A stretch of 64,000 bases of DNA from Penicillus capitatus (Eukaryota > Plantae > Chlorophyta): the NCBI GenBank assembly GCA_965649825.1, contig OZ287703.1, positions 1,111,722-1,175,721 of the forward strand, in the 5' to 3' direction. The stretch's first letter is position 1. Each line of letters opens with the position of its first letter. The position numbers and the translations under genes are program-made. Positions 12,160 to 22,115 of the stretch are shown piece by piece. The notes under the pieces are model-generated. The model was not told the DNA's origin. It saw only the letters and a program-made list of their open reading frames with translations, and made no database searches.

Positions 12160-12319
12160 GCCGAATTGCGCTTAGCGCATAAACGGCCTATCAAAAATTG
12201 TACCGTGGAACCTCCCGAAGGAAGTCCCTGCCAAAGTCGAGCCACAGTGTGCCATGTGACGCAACCTCGACAAACGCGATGCATGCATGAGCACATCGAC
12301 GCTCCGGTCAAGTAAGTTA
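12160..12319 (-). ncRNA. U1: Variant U1 snRNA
   Basis: 5' AACUUACUUG; helix ACCG/CGGU; SL I GAUGU-GCUCAUGCAU-GCAUC; SL II with loop AUGGCAC; SL III GGGACUUCC-UUCG-GGAGGUUCC; Sm site AAUUUUUG; SL IV; colinear with the canonical copy at 13443-13601 and with compensatory stem changes. Confidence 0.88.
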
Positions 12320-12360
12320 ACCCGATGACACGACGGCCATCCTCTTTATCTTCCTCTCCA

Positions 12361-12370
12361 AACTTCCGCT
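12361..12370 (-). promoter_or_regulatory. Candidate snRNA upstream promoter element (AGCGGAAGTT)
   Basis: Same 10-mer about 42 nt upstream of this U1 and about 39 nt upstream of the second U1. Confidence 0.55.
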
Positions 12371-12431
12371 CGACGTTCTCACAGACATTCGATCATCTAC
12401 CGTCTCTTTCATCTAATCGACCTGTCGCCTC

Positions 12432-13382
12432 ATGCCGTCTCTCTGCCGCTCTTTGCATCGCCTTTGCATTGCATCGCTCTCTCCCCGTGTTGCAGGAGGT
12501 CGACCATGGAGATGGAATAGGAGAAAGGATCGGATCTGCTGGGCAGCCTCGTCGAAAGACGCCCCTCAGGTGTCACCAAATCGACAGGGCGAGGCGACGA
12601 CGGATTTTACGCCCTTTACATTAGTGACCTACTCGCACGACCCGGACGCCGTCTGTCAACATGCCGAAGAGATTCTCGTCGACGCCACTCGCGAACACTG
12701 TTTCCGTATCTGGAACAAATGGGACAACCTCGCTGACTTTCTCGATCTAATTGGCGAAGTATTCTCACTCTTTTGTCATCTCACTCTATATCCATTCCTT
12801 TTTACCAGATCTTCCTGGAAGAAGACAATCCCAACAAGGCGATCATGCTCTGCTACTACCGCTATGGTAAGATGCAGTGCTCTTTGGCATTCGGGATAGA
12901 GAGTGGGTCCTGTTGCAGAGCGCTTGCCCATTTTGCAGATGCTGATCGAATTGCACAAAACGGAGATCCAGACGCCGTCGTTCATCAGGTTTGAGAGCAT
13001 GAGTGGAATGCCGTTGAGCGGGATCGTCGAATTTGAAGAGGTCGATGCTGAACACACACGAGTGAAGCTGCGATTCGAACATGCAATGCCGTCCCAACTC
13101 CGAATGGTCTCTGTCGGCCGCGTGGGTGTCGAGAACCACATGAAGACCATCTTGGAACAGAACTTGGCAACGTTCAAGATGCTGGCAGAAGGGGATCTCG
13201 AATTCTCAGATGAGAAATATGATCAAGCACGCGTTTGGCGTGAGATAGAGGAGATGCGTGAGGCCTATGAGCAGTCCGAGTGGATGTCGACCAATGAGGA
13301 GCCGTTTGAGCTGACGGATCTCGAAGACTGCATGGAGCGTCTTGAAGATTCGCCTATTGTTGTGCAGGACGATGAGATGTAA
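12432..13382 (+). CDS. SRPBCC (polyketide cyclase/dehydrase, START-like) protein, probably plastid-targeted
   Basis: HAEEILVDATREHCFRIWNKWDNLADFLDLIGE/IFL... and IRFESMSGMPLSGIVEFEEVDAEHTRVKLRFEH...LEQNLATFK pattern; N-terminal Arg/Ser-rich extension. Confidence 0.7.
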
Positions 13383-13409
13383 TGTATGCGTGGTGATGTG
13401 ACGTTACTG

Positions 13410-13419
13410 AACTTCCGCT
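13410..13419 (-). terminator. Candidate snRNA 3'-box (AGCGGAAGTT) downstream of the canonical U1
   Basis: Identical 10-mer 24 nt beyond stem-loop IV. Confidence 0.5.
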
Positions 13420-13442
13420 TACAGAAGTGACAGGTGTTCGTT

Positions 13443-13601
13443 GCCGAGATGCGCATAGCGCAAGAACGGCCTACCAAAAATTGTACCGTGGGCACTTCCT
13501 TTTGGAAGCCCCTACCAAAGCGACCCGCCATGGTGCAATGGGGACCGCCTCGGTAAACAAGCTGCATTCGTGAACACAGCTAGCCCCGGTCAGGTAAGTG
13601 C
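13443..13601 (-). ncRNA. U1: U1 spliceosomal snRNA (canonical-type)
   Basis: 5' ACUUACCUG; SL I loop GUUCACGAAU (U1-70K site-like); SL II loop CAUUGCAC (U1A site); SL III CUUCC-AAAA-GGAAG; Sm site AAUUUUUGG; SL IV GCCG..UGCGC-UAU-GCGCA..CGGC; about 159 nt. Confidence 0.95.
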
Positions 13602-13639
13602 CGCAACGACATCTCTGCTCCTTACATCGCGTCATGACT

Positions 13640-13649
13640 AACTTCCGCT
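13640..13649 (-). promoter_or_regulatory. Candidate snRNA upstream promoter element (AGCGGAAGTT)
   Basis: Shared with the upstream region of the variant U1 at similar spacing. Confidence 0.55.
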
Positions 13650-13710
13650 TACTTCAAATGCGCAGGCTCTCTCAAATGTGTCATCATTCCATACATCACC
13701 TTCATAGAGG

Positions 13711-14911
13711 ATGCGACACCTCCCACTGAGCAGTGTTCGCCTGCAGGCGCTTCGCCGTCCCGTCCTTCCGCAACGCAGGCGACAGCGGATCGCACCGAGA
13801 AGCGCCGCCAGAGATCCAGGTCATCCCTGTCACATCAGAGCAGCGCTTACAAGGCATGTGACTGCAGGACCGTCCTCAGCCGGACTCTATGTCCCCAACA
13901 TGAATCTCGTTTTCCCAGAGATGCGTCACGGCGGTGCCGAAACGACGGCGACTGGCTTTGACGAGCATCGACCTATGACGCCACCTCCTGATCTCCCATC
14001 TCTTATGCTTGACAGTCGCATCATCTATCTGGGAATGCCTGTAATTCCGCCTCCTCATCTTCTCTCCAAAGAGAAGCCATGTGGCTGCGTCCAGTTGGTC
14101 TCAGCTGTGACGGAGTTGATCGTCGCCGAACTTATCTACCTTCAATACAAAGACGCCACCAAACCTGTGTACCTCTACATCAACTCTTCGGGCACCACCC
14201 GTGCCGACGGAGAGGTGGTGGGATTTGAGACAGAAGGCATGGCCATCTACGATACCATGCAATACGTGAAAAACGAGGCACGCCATCTGCACCATCGATG
14301 TCATTGCACAGCATCTGACGCTTGTACTAGATCTTCACAGCGGGTGTGGGCATTGCCATTGGACAAGCGTGTATGCTGCTCTCTGCCGGTATGAAAGGAA
14401 AACGATTCATGCTGCCACATGCCTCAGGTGATGGCTGTCACATCATCCTCTTCTGTAACAGTGTCGTGCTGCAGCCATGCTCTATCAACCAACTGTTCCG
14501 CCCACTGGTCAGCGTCAGGCCATCGAGATTCAGATCAAATGGAGAGAGGTCCTTGCACAGAAGCAAGATTTTCTCTCCGTTCTCTCTGAGACCACCGGGC
14601 ACTCCATGGCCAAACTCGATCAAGTGATATACTTAGTGCTGTCAGGGGTGGAAGTGGAGATCGGCTGCCGTGACAGGATATGCAACGGCCGTTGTACATG
14701 CAACCGCAGGACGCCATTGAATACGGCATCATCGACCAGATCATCAAATCTGAGACGCAGGAAGACTTGAAGCTCGTTGATGATGTCAAGTCTCCCGAGC
14801 AATGGGATCACGAAGTGAGATCCATCCCATACCGCCGCCGCCGTCCTGCTGACCTTCCTGTTTCAGGCTGGCATTCGAACGATGCCCACACCGCCGCCTG
14901 GGAGCTTCTAG
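13711..14911 (+). CDS. CLPR3: Chloroplast Clp protease non-catalytic subunit ClpR3-like, multi-exon
   Basis: [78 protein letters not shown]; GC-AG intron at 14278-14330. Confidence 0.9.
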
Positions 14912-14989
14912 TAGACAGCGTGATGTGACGTTCTGCGTCGTATGCTTCTTAACGCATCGCATTTCGCTCTATCGTTTCTCGAGTACCTA

Positions 14990-15567
14990 ATGTCGACACC
15001 GACGCAATCTACAGCGCCGTCCGATTCGGGTTATTTGCAGCAACAGCACAAAGTGTTCGATGTTGCACAGGGCCTCAGCGTCGTGAAGTGGCCCCCGCCT
15101 GCCGTTTTCTTAGCGTCAGTGACGTTTCACTGGCCATTAACGCACGCATCGATGCTGCTCGATGAGGAATGTGTGTCGGACATCTTTCCAGCCGCCGGAT
15201 TTCAGTGGCGTCTAAAATTCAAACCAAAAGGAACGGGGAAACAGACATCCGTCGATGATAGCTTCGCTTCATTTCACATCGAGAACGTCGAAGCTGCGAA
15301 AGGGGAGAAGGGACCACTCGCTTCGTTCTCTCTCGGTGCGGCGCCGTCCTTCAGGAAAGTAAACGACAAGTGATGTGACGTCTATACTTTGTAGGTGTGA
15401 TCAATCAAGACTTCCCTGAGCAATGCGTCTGGCGTCCATGTCAGCACGCGTTCTCGAAGAAGGTCCCAGATTGGGGGTTCCTGCGTTTTATTGCCCTGAA
15501 AGATTTGGTCGATCCCAAACGTGGATTCGTGGTAAACGACAGACTCATCGTGGGCGTTCGATTTTAG
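14990..15567 (+). CDS. Small stand-alone MATH/TRAF-domain protein
   Basis: FHW...SDIFPAAGFQWRLKFKPKG...SFHI, then after intron 15336-15394 GVINQ...HAFSKKVPDWGFLRFIALKDLVDPKRGFVVNDRLIVGVRF*. Confidence 0.85.
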
Positions 15568-15633
15568 ACACAAAGTCAGACCGTCTGAGCAGGAAATTTC
15601 GTTCTTAATAGTGAGTGGGGCACATCTATTCAC

Positions 15634-16253
15634 TTATAGCTGCTGTATTATCAAGAGACGAATCGGCCCATGAAAGGACGTCCATAAGGGTCTCAAACTG
15701 ACGATGCTGCATTGGCGGCGGTTGCTCGCCATGAATCATCCAATATAGCAAACTGGACTTGATAAATGTTGCTCACACCTCTCCTTCGTTCTTGTCAAGC
15801 CTTCCCTCGGACGCATGGTGTGGGACTTTGTGGATTTTGACTGGGTCACCCTAAGTGTGCGATAGATTATTGGATTATCACAAAAATGTGTGAGAAACGC
15901 TGTGTTGAGGGGCGTCCACTTCTTGAACACGCTGAACCGTCTTGAGAACAGCGAGGCGATACGTGCCGAACAGATACGCCACATAGCCGTTTTCCCGTTT
16001 CGTCAGAACGCGCTCCATCTCTCCTCCCACCTTCTTGAACTGCTTGTCGATAGTTGTCGACATGTTTCGATGTTCTTAAACGCGGCGAAACGACATGGTG
16101 ATGGATGTAATGAACAACGTCAGACATCGGGACGGGACAGGGAGTCCGCCTGCATTATACAAAGACAAATGCAAGAGGGACGTCACACACGTTTTGCATT
16201 TCATCACCGCTGTGCCGAAAGCGATAGGCGATGCCTCTCGACGAAGTCTTCAT
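15634..16253 (-). CDS. Hypothetical protein, multi-exon, boundaries uncertain
   Basis: Protein-like exon KNIETCRQLSTTIDKQFKKVGGEMERVLTKRENGYVAYLFGTYRLAVLK with plausible GT-AG flanks; no family recognised. Confidence 0.3.
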
Positions 16254-16568
16254 GTATCTGCACCGCCACACTAATGCGGTTGAAATGCCAATCGGACAAC
16301 GTAGCATAACTGAACGTCTATGGTTTGTGGCACTCGCTGAGCTCTGCTTCTCAACATCCTGATTTCTTCCCCGTCATATCAAGAGCCCTCTCGCAGTTTT
16401 AGTCAGAATGGACGGTAGCTATGGTATTGGTCGGAATGGACGGTGTCGAGACTGGACGAACAAGAATTGATGTGTTTATCAAAGTCACATCGCCATTTTG
16501 TCAGACTTCGTCAGTACGCAGCTGTGCCGCTCCATTTCACTGGCCGCCCATTCGACGCGTTGTTATTC

Positions 16569-17328
16569 ATGAATCTCTGGCGCCGAATTATCGAATGGCT
16601 TCGACGGTCAGTTCCCTCGTTTCTTCCCGGCCACAACGAACTGCTTCGTCCGTCATAGACTGTTCTGGCGAAGAGATATGGAACTGTGCATGATTGGACT
16701 TGGCCTCGCAGGAAAGACATCTCTTGTTAATCTTCTGGCGACGGGAGACTTCAAAGAAAACGTGATACCCACGGTACGTCTCCTGCTCTCTCTATTCTCC
16801 CTGACATCGACTTGTCGATCGCGTCAGGTCGGTTTCAACATGCGCAAAGTTCAACGTGGCGGAATTCTGATGAAAGTATGGGATCTGGGTGGACAGGTGC
16901 ATGCACTTTTGTCTCGAGTGGATGTTGCTTCATCGAGGCATGGGTGTGATTTAGAAACGATTTCGCGGCATGTGGGAGCGTTATTGTCGTGGAGTGGAGG
17001 CTATTGTTTTCGTTGTCGATGCAGCAGATCGAGCGAGCTTTGCCGAGGCAACATCAGAACTGCGTGCTTTGTTGCAGAAGCCTTCCATTGAAGGCATCCC
17101 CATTCTCATCGTGGGTAATAAGATCGATATCAGTGGCGCCGCAACGACGGAGGAACTCAGCGCTGCCCTACATCTAAAGGTCCTCCATCGCTTTATTCTT
17201 TTCGAGAGAAAGAAACGTGTGTGTAGCCGTTGAGTGCTGGACGCGAGATGTGTGTCTACTGCATGTCCTGCAAATCGAAAGAAAATTTCGCAGATGTTGT
17301 GGAGTGGCTGGTGCAGCACTCAAAATAA
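16569..17328 (+). CDS. ARL8: ADP-ribosylation factor-like GTPase ARL8, 5 exons
   Basis: [48 protein letters not shown]/..[25 protein letters not shown]. Confidence 0.93.
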
Positions 17329-17399
17329 AGCGATTTCCGCCTCAAATGCGAGGGATAGAGAACGGACACTTGGCATTTTGGACATGTTTGTTGTCTATT

Positions 17400-20300
17400 G
17401 CTTTCACTCTGCGGCAATGTGCGCGATCAGTAGGCTAGTCTAGGCTGCGTTAGACAGAGGTAAGGTAAAAAGACACATTGATGGCATCCGTCAACAATCG
17501 CACGGCAGATGTTCAAACGATGGCTACCGAGATGTCGATCTGTTACAATGATGACATCCGAGATGACTCGTGTGTGACAGAACAATAGAACAGTAGATAT
17601 CAACGTGTGGATGAGCGAGGACAGATCTTCGCTCATCAAGAACACATTCGCGCATTTATACTGGTAGGCTTTGTGACAGAGCATCAAAGACACAGTGCCG
17701 TTCCGAAAGGCGACTTCATCGACTTCATCATCGCATGCTCTTGCATCTCCTTATGAAGTGGTGCCCTTTAACGGGATCTCGACATCTCCGTATCCTCCTT
17801 CGATCTACCACGTGTATGTGGTGGATGAAGGGATATGGTACGCAGCATTTTCACCGTGTCTTTTGACAAGACAACGACAACTTTTGAGAAAAACGCGTAT
17901 ATAATAATGCTCGAATCGGATCGGAGTGCTTTATCGATGCTGTACCCGACTCTTAGAGTTTTACAATTGAATGGTCCCTTTCTCAATTTGATTGCATTGA
18001 CAGTGGAATACGTTAAGGTTGTCTGCGAGTAGTTTATCAATACAATCCCTTTGACTTCGACGCGTGGACCTTTCCGTCACCCCGCCAAACCCAATAAGTG
18101 AGAGAAACTAGACGATGCAGAGAAGCTTTTGAGCTCAAGAGGCAGCAGAAACGAGACGATCTATACCTTTCCGTATCCATCACTTGAAGGCACCTGTCAC
18201 TTTAGGCACTTGGGTTTGTTGCTTGTTCGTTCCTCAACGGAATAGAGTTGGAACACAACAACGATGCAATCGAAGATATACGACCAGACAGAAGAGAGAA
18301 CTACTATGTCCAGATTAAAAATAGTCGTCGTTACGTTCTGAGAAAAACTGCACCTCGCTCGTTGAGAGATGAAGATGATTACTTAGACTTGGTGGACTTG
18401 GGTCGAGTCGTGCTTGGGGAGCCGAGAAAATCAAGCATAGCAGGAATGATCCCCTTAGTGAAATCCGGCATACAACCCCACTGGTCTACAGAAGAGATCG
18501 ATAAAGAGTTATGGAACACTAACACAGAGAACTGGGGACTTCCAAAGACATCTCCTTCCATTTGAAGGTAGACAGACGTTTGAACCGAAGGTCAAGCTAG
18601 AATATGGAGAAGATTGGTGGTTACCGAGCCAGACTCTTAAGTTTTGACTTAGTTCGCATGCTCGCGAGCTCATAGGCTACTGTAGAAAAGCTGCACGGTT
18701 CGACTATCAAATCAAAGAAATCCGTTGTTTCTCGAGCCCAGCTTGTTTATGCCCCCATTCGTTATATGCATAGCTTCGATCCCTTGCCTTGTTCCGTCTA
18801 CATTTGGGAAGAACTGGCATCTCAATCTGCACAACTCTTGAGCTTTGTTAAATATTCTCTCATTTTGACTTTGACTCAGCAGTTTATTTGATTGGCGCCT
18901 CCCCTGATATACTTGATCAAAAGGAGAAGGTGTAAAAACACAATCAAACAAACCATCGCACTGGGATTATCAAATGATACGAGGCGTGGCTACCTTACTA
19001 TGGATATGATTTGAATCTCGAAAGTCAAGAATCGATCGTCGTTGATGGATCGTTCCGACTATAGGTGGTTACATTTGTGTGAACTCTTATGGTGGATTGC
19101 ATATTATGGTTGACATCGTTTAATGCCTTTAACTCGAAGATTGATAAAACATGAGTAAAACCGAGTCTAGTAAGCTCAAGGCTGTATCATCAACCATATC
19201 TCTGTCGTGGGGGATAAGAGAGAAATCGAATTCCCTTGTGATCTTTAATCTTTTGAGAGAAACGATCTTCCACCGAATCTTGATAGTAGGGTATCGCAGT
19301 TGGCGAAGTATAGAGATAGTTAAGTGGAAGGTGGGTCAACCAGAGATATTTGTTTTTCTTTGCTACCACTTTAGTTTCTGCAATAGATCGAAAGAGCTAC
19401 AGATGAGAATGCACTTTGCACGTTACGATACGACAAAGTTGCACACAACTTGTTTCAAAGTCTTCGACAACTAAGATTACAAAACTGCTCTTTGTAAAGA
19501 CAAAAAGGAAGAGTCGTTATGTCAACTCTCGCAGCTCGTGCGTAATTTTCATTTGCATTACAAGTAGACAACGTCGCTATTAATTTTCTTCACACTTCCA
19601 TCATCGCTTTTTCAAAACATGGTTTTAGAAGGCTACCATTTGCAAGGTACTTCCCTTAATGATTTCTTGCTTTTGTGAAGTGACGAGACAAAGCCATTGG
19701 TCAAAGCAGTTAGTTAACCACATTTTCTAACGACTTGATGTTTAGATTGTAATGCTTTGCAGAATGATGGAATGCAAAATTACAAATCTCTGTGACCACG
19801 AGCAGAAAGGTACGTTATCCTCTTCACGAGAGGAAAACAGACAACATACCCATATTGTGAGCAAGCCAAGGCTTGCTATGACTGACTTTTACAAAAACGT
19901 ACCTTTGGTTTAATACATTCTGTGTGTTGAGAGACGTCAACTTTAACAAAAGGACTCAGAAAGTCAAGCTCCCTTAGGAATCGACAATGTACGGTTGACG
20001 TCAATGACCCAGCTAACAAAAACGAAGCTTAGAAGGTCACCGTCTTAAAGAAGACGGCATACAGGAAGGTTGTCGCATTAAGCGAAAGCACTTATTCATT
20101 ATTGGTCTATTAGAGGAAAACGAGCCGGCCCGTTTCCTTGGCTGCGGCAAATTTATACTTGAGACCGCTATCGATGGACTTGCACACTTGTGGACGCTAC
20201 GAACCTTTCCACTCAGTGCAGATACCGAAATCGCGACGCTTCTTTGGATTTCTGCGACTTCTCCATCATCTGTGGCCAATCGATTGGGAAAAGACGTGCG

Positions 20301-20850
20301 GAATCAAATGCCGTCGAATTTTGGGAAAACAGAAAAGATAAGTCTTGTTATAAACATCGTTGCACAAGAACTTGATGATGGCAGTTCAACAATAATGCGC
20401 TCCCTCTCTCCATCTGGACAATGTTAGCAGATCGCTCTCAACGTGAGAAATACGTATAGAGGGGATTTTTCTCAACCATGTGGATTTTACTAGACAGATC
20501 AGCATTCGTTTATGTCTCAAGGTGAAGTGACTGGTCATTAAGTGGTTAGTAGATCTAGAGAAGTTGTTGCAGAACGCGAGAGCATTACTGGAAATGTGGC
20601 GGCTACCTATCGACGCAATCTAGCGGTGGAGATTTGCCAAGATGCTGTCAAACCTTCGTGCCTAGCTTCAAAGAATCTCGCGAAAAGCTCATCATCACCA
20701 TTCTTGATCTCGCCGACAGAACCAATCTAAAGGCAACACAAGAACAAACACATTCACCACTGTCCCTCAAGCAACCGATTTACGTGATGTGACATTGCTG
20801 CGACAAGAATGAGGGAGAGCATGGTATCCAAGCCGTAGACAAGCTTCTAT
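17400..20850. other. AT-rich (about 40% GC in sampled lines), gene-poor island with fragmentary ORFs; possible decayed mobile or foreign DNA
   Basis: Composition drops relative to flanking genes; only short unrecognisable ORFs; no TIR, LTR or transposase motif seen. Confidence 0.45.
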
Positions 20851-20999
20851 TGAGGACGACGACATGCTCGAGGAGTAGTTAAGGGATAGAATGGCGATTC
20901 ATCAACGGCATCGGAATGATGAAGGAAAGATCGTATTACAGACACATATCCAATGCCAGTCTAGAGTCTGGAAGGTACAGTCCAGTAGCAGTACTTGGG

Positions 21000-21991
21000 T
21001 TAAGTCAAATCCTCGTCTTTCTCTTCTTGGCCAGCCTCAGTTATGTAGGATGCGACATCTCCTGTTGGCAGTTTTTGAGCCAGACGCCCGACGCAAGTAT
21101 CAAGGAATTGAAAGGCGACAGTATCCGAGATGACATGTCGAATCGCTTCAGCATCTCCTGAGCGATACGTATCGAGCAAAGCTCTGGCCGCCTTTTGCTC
21201 TTCACTCGTCTGGAAACTCTCTACACCCGAGGCGTCTCGGAGAACGTTCTCTGCCTCCAGTATGTTTTGGCGATAGAGCCAGATGACGATGGCTCCTAGA
21301 TACGAGCGCCCAACACTCACATGCAAGCTTCTCGTTTCACAGACGGCGGCGAATTTCATCAAGAGCGCTGCCGCCTCCTCATACCGTTCCCTTTTCAATT
21401 CATGGTTCACGGCACTGTGATAGAGGTCTCTACCAATCGAGAAACGCTCATCCTGTTCCAATGCATCAATGGCTGATTGATATAGAGTGGATGCCCGTTC
21501 CACATCTGCATCTTCCATCTTGCGTGCAGCTTTGTACAGAGCTTCGCTGCCTGTGAACGCGATCGACTGCCATTCGGTCAGAGAGAAGACCCATACGTAC
21601 CTGCTTGAGGACGTCCTGCTTCGAAGAACATCTCTGCAGCATGTGTGTAGAGCTCTGCCATGGCCACAAAATCTTGCTGCTCTTTTGCCATCTCAGCTGC
21701 CTTTTCATACATCTTCCCAGCATGCCATGAGCTTCCAAGCTGCTCCTGACAGGTTGCCGTCTTCTCATACGCTGTTTTGGATTTCTCCCATGATTTGGCA
21801 GACTAGAATGAACTGTCACATCACATCTTTTTCCCTTTTCTTGCTCTCACTTTGTAAGCATTGGCAGCTTGCTCATAGAGAGGAAAGGCTGCATTCCAGT
21901 CTGGTTTGAGACGCATTTCGAGCAGAGATGCTTTGCAGAGGTGTGTGGCACGACGCATCAGTTTGTCTCCCTCGGATTCTTTCCCCTTCAT
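21000..21991 (-). CDS. GSNAP: Gamma-soluble NSF attachment protein (gamma-SNAP), 3 exons
   Basis: MKGKESEGDKLMRRA...MRLKPDWNAAFPLYEQAANAYK; helical repeats; YLGAIVIWLY; acidic C-terminus EEKDEDLT*. Confidence 0.88.
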
Positions 21992-22115
21992 TTTTGCTCG
22001 TCAACGTAGAACGGCTTGTCTTTCGTACATGGATGTGACTGCAGTCGGGGTATGAAAACGACGTCGGTTCGCACGTGCTCTACACATTCTACCGCCATTT
22101 CATAGATTTGAACTC

